The notes below the pieces were generated by a model. That model ran no database searches, was not told where the DNA came from, and was given only the letters and a program-made list of their open reading frames with translations. From assembly GCA_964013405.1 (NCBI GenBank), contig CAXGWI010000038.1, positions 1 to 25,880 on the forward strand: a DNA stretch of 25,880 nucleotides, in the 5' to 3' direction. This document shows, piece by piece, positions 9,247-17,692 of the stretch (its first letter is position 1; each line of letters opens with the position of its first letter). A program made the translations under genes and the position numbers. The stretch is from an uncultured Myxococcales bacterium (GTDB taxonomy: Bacteria; Myxococcota; UBA4151).

Positions 9247-10672
9247 GGGGTTCTTGCGGCTCAAGTCGAGCCTTTGCAAGCAAGGCGAGGGGAATGGCGA
9301 GATACCAGGTGTAGTAAACCCCATTGAGGACGTCGCCGGCGATACCACGAACTAAAATGCCGACGAGCAGGCCTGCCGCAATAAGGCGGGCATAGGTCAG
9401 GTCCTCGTCGGCACCAGTTGGTAGAATCATCAGGCGAACGAGTCCGATCCAAAACAAAAAGTAGAGGGCCAGGCCAACAATCCCCAACTCGATCAGGACG
9501 GCAAGGTGCTGGCTGTGGAGGCCAAAGTCTTTCTCCGTACCCAGTCGGTCGCCGGCGTTGACGAAGTCTTCCGACGAAAAGAGCCCGCCGCCAAGCAGAA
9601 CGGTTGCCGGGCCGGCTTGGCGCCAGTTTTGAATCGCCGCTGACCAGATTCCATAGCGACCCGTTCCCATCGCATCGAGCGTCGTATTGTCCTGGAAACG
9701 GCTCTGCTCCGTTTGCATACGTTCGAATGTTCGATCGAAGAGACCACTTGAAATGAGACTGAAAGCGCCAACTGCGACAATCGAGATGACGATGACCCCA
9801 CGGGTGGCCCGGACCGATAAGGCGATGGCGATGACGCTGGCGCTCCCGAGAACGAAGATCGGTGTTTTCGACCCGGTGAGCGAGATCACGAAAAGGCAGA
9901 AAGCAATGTTCGCCGTGTGAAAGAAGAGTGAGCCCTGACGCCTTCGTACCAGCAGGGTACAGAGACTGACGAGGTAGCTCATCTCCGCCCAACTCTCGGC
10001 AGCCTTACTTCGGATGCCCCAGATCCCGCCAAAACGAACGGTCCGTCCCTGCTCCCAGGCGATATCCGCGTCCATTTGTTGGATCGGAGCGGGCCAGCCT
10101 ACGAGCCATTCGCTGACGACCGTTAAGAGCATGATGGCAGCTAAAATCTGAGTTGTTGTGAGGATGCCTTGGAGGTCTCGGATTTTCATGCTCGAGACCA
10201 ATGTGACCATGAAGATGAGTGGGACCCAAAGCTGGGAAAGGAACCGAACCAGCCCCTGCTGTGAGGGATAAATTCCAAGGACGACGATTTGCCAGGCGAA
10301 AAAAGGCAAAAGAAAAATCAGGACCGGAACATAGGGTCTGAGGAGATGGCGCCGGAGGAGAATCAGTCCGGAGCACCATAGAATGATCATGAGGTTAAGG
10401 GGGGCCAGGAGCGTGGAGCCCAGGCGCAGGTTTTCCGGAAGATTGAACCGGAGCGAGACATCGCCGAGGACTTTGACCCGATAGAGCAGACGGAGAAACC
10501 GGTCAGGCCAAAGGCTTGCGAGCAGCAAAAATGACGATGCGATTGATCCCCCCAGGACGGCGGCGGTCATCAGGGGACCTGTTCGGCTGGACTCCGGAGG
10601 GAGCAGCATAAAAAACGCAAGACCCGCCAGACTCACCAGAATCAAAGTCGCAAGGGGGATCAGGGCAGCCAT
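9233..10672 (-). CDS. O-antigen ligase / Wzy polymerase family membrane protein
   Basis: Polytopic protein with LTGSKT, GTGRYGIW, LLGGG and LHSQHLAVLIELGIVGL (the HN..L..L.E.G..G pattern of Wzy_C). Start re-called at ATG 10672 (MAALIPL); the start is uncertain. Confidence 0.82.
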   Translation of the reverse strand: MAALIPLATLILVSLAGLAFFMLLPPESSRTGPLMTAAVLGGSIASSFLLLASLWPDRFLRLLYRVKVLGDVSLRFNLPENLRLGSTLLAPLNLMIILWCSGLILLRRHLLRPYVPVLIFLLPFFAWQIVVLGIYPSQQGLVRFLSQLWVPLIFMVTLVSSMKIRDLQGILTTTQILAAIMLLTVVSEWLVGWPAPIQQMDADIAWEQGRTVRFGGIWGIRSKAAESWAEMSYLVSLCTLLVRRRQGSLFFHTANIAFCLFVISLTGSKTPIFVLGSASVIAIALSVRATRGVIVISIVAVGAFSLISSGLFDRTFERMQTEQSRFQDNTTLDAMGTGRYGIWSAAIQNWRQAGPATVLLGGGLFSSEDFVNAGDRLGTEKDFGLHSQHLAVLIELGIVGLALYFLFWIGLVRLMILPTGADEDLTYARLIAAGLLVGILVRGIAGDVLNGVYYTWYLAIPLALLAKARLEPQEPHDPL

Positions 10673-10812
10673 TAGGGATGTCCAAGCATGGGGATTGGGT
10701 CCTAGCCTCCACCCGAGTTTGTCGCAATGACTCTTGCGCGACTCAGGGAGATTGACCGCTGGAGGGGACGGACCTAAAGTCCCTAAGCGCCGGCGACCTG
10801 GCACGAGGTAAT

Positions 10813-11418
10813 ATGAGCGACGACTCCCAGGAAGATCTACTCAACGAGCAGGAACTCATCGACATGGCTCGCCGTGGTGAGATCGAGGTGGATGCCATCG
10901 ATCAGCCCAAAATGTCGGATACCTTTACGGCCGAGAATTATATCAAATTCATCAAAGGCGAGATTACCTGGGCCCAGTTAGAGGGCATGACGATCGATGA
11001 GGCCTATGCCATTGCCGAGGTGGGCTATACCTTTCTAGAGCAGGGCAAGTTAGACGAAGCGAGGACGCTGATCGAAGGTCTCGTCATCGGTAATCCTTAT
11101 GATGCCTACCTTCATTCTTTGCTGGGCGCGATCTATGCTCGAGAAGGGAATGAAGAGGATGCGGTCGAGGAATTCTCCATCGCCCTTGGTCTCGATCCGG
11201 ACAATGTCGATGCGCTGGTGGCCCGGGGCGAGTTGTTTCTCCGCCACGGGGTCTTCGATGATGCGATGGAAGACTTGAAGCGGGCCATCGACTTGGACCC
11301 GGACGAGACGCACCCGAGCACCCTGCGGGCCAAGGCGCTGGCCCATGCCACAGCCACTGCTTTTCAAACGGTGATTGAGTCGACAAACCCTGAGATGAGA
11401 CGACCCGAAGAGATCTGA
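10813..11418 (+). CDS. TPR protein resembling SycD/LcrH (class II type III secretion chaperone) family
   Basis: Three TPR-like repeats preceded by TWAQLEGMTIDEAYAIAEVGYTFLEQGKLDEARTLIEGLV..NPYD, which resembles SycD/LcrH. Very acidic. GAGGT SD at 10805-10809. The TPR call is strong; the SycD assignment is moderate. Confidence 0.75.
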   Translation: MSDDSQEDLLNEQELIDMARRGEIEVDAIDQPKMSDTFTAENYIKFIKGEITWAQLEGMTIDEAYAIAEVGYTFLEQGKLDEARTLIEGLVIGNPYDAYLHSLLGAIYAREGNEEDAVEEFSIALGLDPDNVDALVARGELFLRHGVFDDAMEDLKRAIDLDPDETHPSTLRAKALAHATATAFQTVIESTNPEMRRPEEI

Positions 11419-11421
11419 GCC

Positions 11422-12327
11422 CTAGGCGAGTTCTCGTTGCTCTCGGTCCGCTTCAACGGCCCGTTCCGCATGATAGCTGCTGCGAACCAAGGGGCCAGAT
11501 TCCACATACTGGAAGCCGAGATCATCCTCGCCAAAGCCTTTGAGTTCGGCAAATTCGTCAGGGTGCCAGAAGCGCTGAACTTGGTGGTGGTGACGGGTCG
11601 GTCGTAGGTACTGTCCGATGCTGAAGAAGTGGACCCCTGCTTCTCGTGCATCTGTCATGGTCTGGCGCACTTGGTCCATCGTTTCTCCCATCCCAAGCAT
11701 GACCGAGGTCTTTACCCGTGGGCTACCCCATTTCACTGCAAACCGAAGGACTTCGAGGCTTCGATCGTAATCGCTGTTGGAGCGGACCTGCCGAGTCAAT
11801 TCTCGGGTTGTCTCCAAATTATGGGAGAAGACTTCCGGTTCCGCTTCGAGGACTTTTTCGATGAGCGGCTTCTTGCCCTTAAAGTCCCCGGTGAGAACTT
11901 CTACCGAGGTTTCTGGATTGATTCGATGGACCCAGCGAATCGTGTCGGCCCAGTGCTGTGCGCCGAAGTCGGGCAAGTCGTCCCGATCCACCGAGGTGAT
12001 CACCACATGATTTAGATTCATATAATGAATCGCCTTGGCGACATTTTCTGGTTCGTTGGCATCTGGCGGCTTTGGAGCACCTGAAGCCACTGCACAAAAC
12101 GAACAGGTCCGGGTGCAGGTGTCGCCAAGGATCATCAACGTGGCCGTCCCGACGCCCCAACATTCGGAGATATTCGGGCATTTCGCCTCAGCACACACCG
12201 TGTGGAGGTTCAGTTTTTGGATGACATCTCCCAGGGCCATGGCCCGGTCGTTGGGGGCGTAGCGGACTTTGAGCCAAGACGGCCTGCGTTCCGGATCTGC
12301 ACCTTTGGGAAACTTGCTGCGCGCCAT
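11422..12327 (-). CDS. lipA: Lipoyl synthase
   Basis: CX4CX5C (CAEAKCPNISEC), radical SAM CTRTCSFC, VITSVDRDDL, HNLET, GQYLRP and RSSYHA. AGGAGG SD at 12340-12345. Confidence 0.97.
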   Translation of the reverse strand: MARSKFPKGADPERRPSWLKVRYAPNDRAMALGDVIQKLNLHTVCAEAKCPNISECWGVGTATLMILGDTCTRTCSFCAVASGAPKPPDANEPENVAKAIHYMNLNHVVITSVDRDDLPDFGAQHWADTIRWVHRINPETSVEVLTGDFKGKKPLIEKVLEAEPEVFSHNLETTRELTRQVRSNSDYDRSLEVLRFAVKWGSPRVKTSVMLGMGETMDQVRQTMTDAREAGVHFFSIGQYLRPTRHHHQVQRFWHPDEFAELKGFGEDDLGFQYVESGPLVRSSYHAERAVEADREQRELA

Positions 12328-12429
12328 CTCGAGCCAACGCCTCCTGAACTCACCTTAGTCGAGTCCAATCCCGGAAGCGATCAGAATCGAGGCCTGGACA
12401 GGGTGGATGGAACAGTGGAGAGGAAAGCC

Positions 12430-13602
12430 ATGACCCGTGCCCATATTGAGCAACGCTTCCGCAGCCTGCGCGCGTATTGCGAAGCGGAAAATTTTGAAGG
12501 TTGGGATCCCTACGACGGACTCAACAGTCCCATCATCCAAAAGACGCCGCTGCGGCGCATTCCCTTGGCTCGCCTCGCATGGATTCAGTTGTTTAAGCGC
12601 TCGCCCATCAATCTGCGGCCCCTGACCGGTGTTCGTAAAGGGGCCAACCCCAAAGGATTGGGCCTCTTTTTAACCACCTACTGTAATCTGGCTCGGGTTG
12701 GAGACGCTCAAGCTGCGGCCCAGGTCGAGCCCCTCGCTGATCGGATTCTCGAGACGGTCACTCCAGGTTATCCTGGCGACTGTTGGGGCTACAATTTTGA
12801 CTGGCAATCGCGAGCCTTCTTTTTACCGGCCGGCACGCCGACCGTTGTTGCCAGTTCCTTTGTCGCCCGGGCCCTGATGGATGCCTATGACCTTTGTGGA
12901 CAAACCCGGTATCTTGAATCTGCGCTTTCGTGCTGTGACTTCATCACCCAGAGTTTGAACCGGACGGAGAAGCCCGAAGGCTTCATCTTCTCCTATTCGG
13001 CCGAAGATGACACGCGGGTCTATAATGCCTCGCTGCTCGGCAGCCTTCTGTTGGCGCGGGCCTGGAGCTATGAACAACGCCCAGAATGGCGGCGATTGGC
13101 CCTGGAGTCCGCTCGAGCCGTCGCCGCAAGACAGCGGGAGGATGGTGCCTGGCGCTATGGAGAACTGGATCTTCAGTCCTGGGTCGACAGTTTTCATACG
13201 GGCTACAATCTCGAATGCTTGGCCGGCGTGGGGCGCCATTTGGCTACGGATGAGTTTGCTGAGGTGATCGACCAGGGCACTCGGTACTATCTAGCGCACT
13301 TCTTTCTCGAGGATGGAACGCCGAAGTATTACGATAACAAGGTTTATCCTATCGATGTGCACGCGCCGGCCCAATTGCCACCCACCCTCGCCGCTCTTGG
13401 TTTGCTCGACAAAGAGGATGCTCTTGTTCAGCGGGTTCTGGGTTGGGCATTTACGCACCTTTGGGACGAGCGGGGCTTTCTGACCTATCAGATCAAGCGA
13501 GGGGTAACGTCACGGATTCCATACATGCGCTGGGCCCAAGCTTGGATGATGTATGGGACCAGCTTTTTTCTAGCTCGGCCGGGCAAAGGGGTGGCGGTTT
13601 AG
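12430..13602 (+). CDS. Uncharacterised polysaccharide-locus protein, predicted alpha/alpha-barrel (six-hairpin glycosidase/epimerase-like)
   Basis: Start re-called at ATG 12430 after GGAGAGGAAAG; the longer ORF overlaps lipA. Motifs GWDPYDGLNS, RSPINLRP, NPKGLGL, WGYNFDWQSR, YNASLLG, DGAWRYG, WVDSFHTGY, PIDVH and YMRWAQAW. The family and fold are recognised from memory, not from a search. Confidence 0.7.
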   Translation: MTRAHIEQRFRSLRAYCEAENFEGWDPYDGLNSPIIQKTPLRRIPLARLAWIQLFKRSPINLRPLTGVRKGANPKGLGLFLTTYCNLARVGDAQAAAQVEPLADRILETVTPGYPGDCWGYNFDWQSRAFFLPAGTPTVVASSFVARALMDAYDLCGQTRYLESALSCCDFITQSLNRTEKPEGFIFSYSAEDDTRVYNASLLGSLLLARAWSYEQRPEWRRLALESARAVAARQREDGAWRYGELDLQSWVDSFHTGYNLECLAGVGRHLATDEFAEVIDQGTRYYLAHFFLEDGTPKYYDNKVYPIDVHAPAQLPPTLAALGLLDKEDALVQRVLGWAFTHLWDERGFLTYQIKRGVTSRIPYMRWAQAWMMYGTSFFLARPGKGVAV

Positions 13603-14226
13603 CTGGCGGGACACCGCAGCGGTGAGTTTGTGAGCAACACCCTCGGTGGGGTGACCCAGGCTGGCTAAGGAGCAGACCTGCTTATCGCTCAAGCCACATG
13701 GTATGATGAAACGAAAGTGTTCGAGATGGGCATCTGCATTAAATGCTAATCCGTGACTAGCGACCCAGCGAGAGAAGCGAACACCGATCGCACCAATCTT
13801 GGCATTCCCCACCCAACAGCCAGTGAGGCCATCTTTGCGCCCGGCATTCACACCGTAACCAGCACAGACTTCGATCATCGCTTGTTCTAAACAGCGAACA
13901 TACTTTCTCACATCCCGTTCTTCAGTTTGAAGTTTGACGATGGGGTAGAGGACCCATTGGCCAGGGCCATGATAGGTAATATCGCCGCCCCGATTGGTGC
14001 GACGAATCTGAAGACCTTGTTTTTGGGCCTCCACTTCAGTGATCAGCAGGTGCTGAGTCGCTCTTTCTCGTGGGATCGTGATGACGGGACGGTGCTGCAG
14101 AACCAGGAGTTGGTCCGGAATGTCGTCAGCCTGTCGCTGCCGAACCAAATCCATTTGAAGCTCAAGGGCCTCGTCGTAATCCACATCGACGCCCAGGTCC
14201 CGCACATGGATCGGGGCGTCTGCCAT
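13570..14226 (-). CDS. lipB: Lipoyl(octanoyl) transferase
   Basis: LQHRPVIT, RGGDITYHGPGQ, YPI, KIGAIG, HGLAFN and IIPCGL (catalytic Cys). Its ATG directly abuts the E2 stop. Confidence 0.96.
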   Translation of the reverse strand: MADAPIHVRDLGVDVDYDEALELQMDLVRQRQADDIPDQLLVLQHRPVITIPRERATQHLLITEVEAQKQGLQIRRTNRGGDITYHGPGQWVLYPIVKLQTEERDVRKYVRCLEQAMIEVCAGYGVNAGRKDGLTGCWVGNAKIGAIGVRFSRWVASHGLAFNADAHLEHFRFIIPCGLSDKQVCSLASLGHPTEGVAHKLTAAVSRQLNRHPFARPS

Positions 14227-15630
14227 TTACAGTGAGCTAGCGTCCATGTTTTCGAGGACTTCCTTGAAGGTCTTCATGAACATGTCTGCGTCACTTCCAT
14301 TCACCAGGCGGTGGTCGAAACTGAGGACGTAGTAAGCCTTGGGTTTGATGGCGATCATACCATCCACGACGCAGACTCTTTCCTCGGTCCGCCCGCAGCC
14401 TAGAATCGCCACATTCGGTTGATTGATGACTGGCGTGCCCCAGAGGCTCCCGAAGACGCCCGGGTTGGTCACCGCAAAGGTACCTCCCGTCAGATCGTCC
14501 ATGGTGAGGCGCTTTGTTCGGGCTCGGGTCGCTAGATCTTCCAACTCACTGGCGATGCCTCGCACGGTGAGTCGGTCTGCGTTCTTGATGACCGGGACCA
14601 TCAGGCCGCCATCGACAGCGACAGCACAGCCCAGGTTCACCTCACCACGGTAGATGATCTGATCGCCACTGACCGAGGCGTTGACGATGGGGTGCTGCCT
14701 GAGGGCCACCGTGGCTGCACGAAGAATACAGGCGGTGACGCTGAGTTTGACGCCCTCCGCTGCCAGGGAGGCTTTGTGGGTCTTGCGCAGGTTCATGACC
14801 GCGCTCATGTCCACTTCCCAGCAGGTTTGAACGTGAGCGGAGAGCTGTTTGGAGCGGGCCATATGCTCGGCGATGCTCGCCCGCATGGGGTTCATCTTTT
14901 CGACCCGATCGCCGGGCCGGACGGCAATGTCTGGGGTCTGGATCGCCGTGGGGATGCCCGGCAAGGCCATCGCTTCGCTCACCAGAGCCCCGGGGATGGG
15001 TGCCGGTGCAGCGGGTGCAGGCGCTGCGGCCGTTGCCGCCGTTGGTGCAGCGACTCGCAGGTGGTCGCCCCGCTCGATATAGGCAAGGATATCGGCCTTC
15101 GTGACCCGGCCGTCGACACCGGTGCCGTGGACAGCGGCGATTTGAACGCCGTGTTCTTTGGCGATGTTGCGAACCAATGGGCTCGATACCGTTCGCCGTC
15201 GGTCGATCAGCCCGTCACCGCTCGTTGCTGGCGCCGCGGGCGCTACCGCGACGGGGGCTGGAACTGGCGCTGCCGCTGCGGGCGCCACCGGCGCAGAAGC
15301 CGGCGCTGGCGTTGCCGCTGCGGGCGCCGGTTCTTCTGTTGGCGCTGGGGGCGCCGGTGTTGCTTCACTGGCACCGAGATCAGCAGCCGCATCCGTTTCG
15401 ATGCGGGCGATGACCGTCTGAATCTCTACGGTCTCACCTTCTCCATGCAGAATCTCCGCAAGGCGACCGGCGGCAACGCTTGGGATCTCCGCATCGACCT
15501 TGTCGGTGCTGACCTCCAGCAGAGGCTCATCCTCGGCGATGGTATCACCGACGGCTTTGAGCCATTTGGAGATGGTGCCTTCGGCAATGGACTCGCCCAA
15601 TTGGGGCATGACGATGTCGATTCGCGCCAT
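14227..15630 (-). CDS. 2-oxoacid dehydrogenase E2 (dihydrolipoamide acyltransferase), single lipoyl domain
   Basis: Lipoyl domain with STDKV, Ala/Pro linker, E3-binding domain (SPLVR...GTGVDGRVTKAD), and catalytic domain with TNPG, PVINQP and DHRLVNG. The AGGAG SD overlaps the upstream stop. Confidence 0.96.
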   Translation of the reverse strand: MARIDIVMPQLGESIAEGTISKWLKAVGDTIAEDEPLLEVSTDKVDAEIPSVAAGRLAEILHGEGETVEIQTVIARIETDAAADLGASEATPAPPAPTEEPAPAAATPAPASAPVAPAAAAPVPAPVAVAPAAPATSGDGLIDRRRTVSSPLVRNIAKEHGVQIAAVHGTGVDGRVTKADILAYIERGDHLRVAAPTAATAAAPAPAAPAPIPGALVSEAMALPGIPTAIQTPDIAVRPGDRVEKMNPMRASIAEHMARSKQLSAHVQTCWEVDMSAVMNLRKTHKASLAAEGVKLSVTACILRAATVALRQHPIVNASVSGDQIIYRGEVNLGCAVAVDGGLMVPVIKNADRLTVRGIASELEDLATRARTKRLTMDDLTGGTFAVTNPGVFGSLWGTPVINQPNVAILGCGRTEERVCVVDGMIAIKPKAYYVLSFDHRLVNGSDADMFMKTFKEVLENMDASSL

Positions 15631-15639
15631 GGTGCGCTC

Positions 15640-16611
15640 CTAATAAGCCAAGCACCGACGTGCAGCGTGTAGAATGTCGTCGGTGTTGGGCAAAAAGTAA
15701 CTTTCAAGGGGGGGGGCATAGGGCACTGAAGTATCCAGGGCCGCAACCCGAAGGATGGGGGCGTCGAGCCAGTCGAAGCAGTCTTCACTGATCCGAGCGG
15801 CCAACTCACCACCGGGCCCGCCAGTGAGGCAGGCTTCATGGACCAAGACGATGCGGTTGGTTTTCTTCACGCTGGTGAAGATGGTGTCCATGTCCAGTGG
15901 CGCCAGGCTGCGCAGGTCGATCACCTCGCAGCTCTTGCCTTCTTCGGCGAGGACATCCGCTGCTTCCAAGCAGTCGAAGAGTTTGGCGCCATAGGAGACG
16001 AGGGTGAGATCATCGCCCGGGCGGCGAACGATGGCTTGCCCGATGGGCGTGACCTGGCCTTCCACAATCTCTTCTTTGATCCGGCGGTACAGGAATTTGT
16101 GCTCAAGAAAGAGCACTGGGTCCTCGTCGCGAATCGCTGCCAGCATGAGACCATGGGCATCTTGAGCGGTGGCCGGTGCAACGATGCGCAGGCCCGGGGT
16201 GTTGAGGAAGTAGCTTTCCACGTTTTGACTGTGGAAGGGCCCGCCGCTGACGCCGCCGCCGGAGGGCCCCCGGATGACCATCGGCACGCCGAGACCGTGA
16301 CGATAACGGCTGCGGGCTGCGAAGTTGATGATCATGTCATAGGAACACGCGATGAAATCGATGAACTGCATCTCCACCACCGGTCGCAGGCCCATATAGG
16401 CCATGCCGATGGCGTGGCCCACGATGGCCGACTCACTGATGGGCGTATCGATGACGCGCGTGTCGCCGAACTCATCGAGGAAGCCTTTGCTCATCTTGAA
16501 GGCGCCCGCGTAGTGGCCGACGTCCTCGCCCATGAGGAGGACGCTGTCATCATTGCGCATTTCTTGGGCGATCGCTTTACCGATGGCGTCGATGTAGGTG
16601 GTGGTCGCCAT
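15640..16611 (-). CDS. 2-oxoacid dehydrogenase E1 beta subunit (probably branched-chain type)
   Basis: MGEDVG, DTPISE, VEMQF.DF, HSQ, DPVLFLEHK, DLRSL.PLD and LDAPI.RV. TGATG coupling to E1 alpha. Confidence 0.95.
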   Translation of the reverse strand: MATTTYIDAIGKAIAQEMRNDDSVLLMGEDVGHYAGAFKMSKGFLDEFGDTRVIDTPISESAIVGHAIGMAYMGLRPVVEMQFIDFIACSYDMIINFAARSRYRHGLGVPMVIRGPSGGGVSGGPFHSQNVESYFLNTPGLRIVAPATAQDAHGLMLAAIRDEDPVLFLEHKFLYRRIKEEIVEGQVTPIGQAIVRRPGDDLTLVSYGAKLFDCLEAADVLAEEGKSCEVIDLRSLAPLDMDTIFTSVKKTNRIVLVHEACLTGGPGGELAARISEDCFDWLDAPILRVAALDTSVPYAPPLESYFLPNTDDILHAARRCLAY

Positions 16612-17690
16612 CAGTGTCGAGCTCCCCGCCGCGGGTCCGGTAGGCCCCGTTCTTCGCCAAAATAGACGCCGCCCGTGGCCGCGACGGGCTCGGGCGTAGG
16701 GGAGTTGAGCGCAAATTCGTAATCTTCTTTCAGACCATCAAAAATCGCCTGCTGTTCAGCCTCGAGTTCGTCGGCGGTGGCGATGCCCGCTTCGATGAGC
16801 ATCTGGGCCTGGAGGGTGATCGGGTCTCGCTCCCGCCAGGCATCCCGGAGTTCATTGGGAACGTAGCTGGCATCATCGTGGTCTGCGTGCCCGTTCATGC
16901 GATAGGTGATGGCTTCGATGAGGACGGGGCCGCCACCGGAGACTGCGTGGGCCCGGGCTTCTTTGACGGCCCGATACACATCTTCCGCACAGTTTCCATC
17001 CACCTGGATGCCCCGGACGCCATAGCCGACGGCCTTGTCGATAAACCACTCGTTGCCACACTGGTTGGAGGTGGGGGTTGAGTAGGCCCAGCCATTGTTT
17101 TCTAGGATCAAAATGAGCGGTGAGTTTAGGGTCACCGCCATGTTTAAACCTTCGTGGAAATCGCCCGTGGAGGAGCCGCCATCGCCGATGTATGTGAGGC
17201 CAACCACCTTTTGACCTTGGTTTTGGGCGGCCCAGGCCATGCCGCTGACCACGGGGATCAGGGCGCCGAGCATAGAGATCGGGGCTGTGATCCCCTTGCT
17301 GTGATCCCCAAAGTGGGTGTTGCAGTCACGGCCTTCGGTCGGCCCTGTTGCCCGGGCCATGTATTGGCAAAAGACATCTCTTGGCGGGGTACCACGGACC
17401 ATGTTGGCCCCCAGGTCCCGAATCATCGGGCCGCAAATATCACCGTCTTCTAAGGCCAGCGCGCTGCCGACGCTGACGCCTTCTTGCCCCTCTCCTCGAT
17501 AGAGGCCGCCCACCACTTTGCCCTGACGATAAAGAATGCCGAGACGAGCCTCGACCTGGCGCGTGGTGACCATCCATCGCCATAGAGCCTTTCGCAGGTC
17601 CTTGCTGATCCTCTTTTTAGACACAAAGAGGTCGGGCGCTCGACGTCCGCCGAAGCCTGGAAAGCGTGATTCGTCAACGGATCCAGCCAT
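16611..17690 (-). CDS. 2-oxoacid dehydrogenase E1 alpha subunit (TPP-dependent)
   Basis: GQEG, TPP motif GDG...ENN, VDGN and YRMNGHADHD. Start re-called at ATG 17690, 2 bp after the lpdA stop. Confidence 0.94.
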   Translation of the reverse strand: MAGSVDESRFPGFGGRRAPDLFVSKKRISKDLRKALWRWMVTTRQVEARLGILYRQGKVVGGLYRGEGQEGVSVGSALALEDGDICGPMIRDLGANMVRGTPPRDVFCQYMARATGPTEGRDCNTHFGDHSKGITAPISMLGALIPVVSGMAWAAQNQGQKVVGLTYIGDGGSSTGDFHEGLNMAVTLNSPLILILENNGWAYSTPTSNQCGNEWFIDKAVGYGVRGIQVDGNCAEDVYRAVKEARAHAVSGGGPVLIEAITYRMNGHADHDDASYVPNELRDAWRERDPITLQAQMLIEAGIATADELEAEQQAIFDGLKEDYEFALNSPTPEPVAATGGVYFGEERGLPDPRRGARH

Positions 17691-17692
17691 GG

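Noticed and set aside
10799..10815. TGGCAC resembling a sigma54 -24 box
   Set aside because: There is no TTGC at the -12 position, and it overlaps the SD and start codon.
12202..12429. Upstream extension of the alpha/alpha-barrel ORF
   Set aside because: It overlaps lipA head-to-head, and a strong SD precedes ATG 12430.
13681..13920. Local GC dip (about 50%) in lipB suggesting foreign DNA
   Set aside because: The dip is short and mild, lies inside an intact operon-coupled gene, and has no mobility signatures.
15271..15328. 16-bp direct repeat TGCCGCTGCGGGCGCC (15271 and 15313)
   Set aside because: It encodes the Ala/Pro linker of E2. Two copies only, so not CRISPR or a regulatory repeat.
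15708..15716. G9 homopolymer as a phase-variation tract
   Set aside because: It encodes the in-frame Ala-Pro-Pro-Leu near the C-terminus of a housekeeping E1 beta subunit, and the frame is intact.
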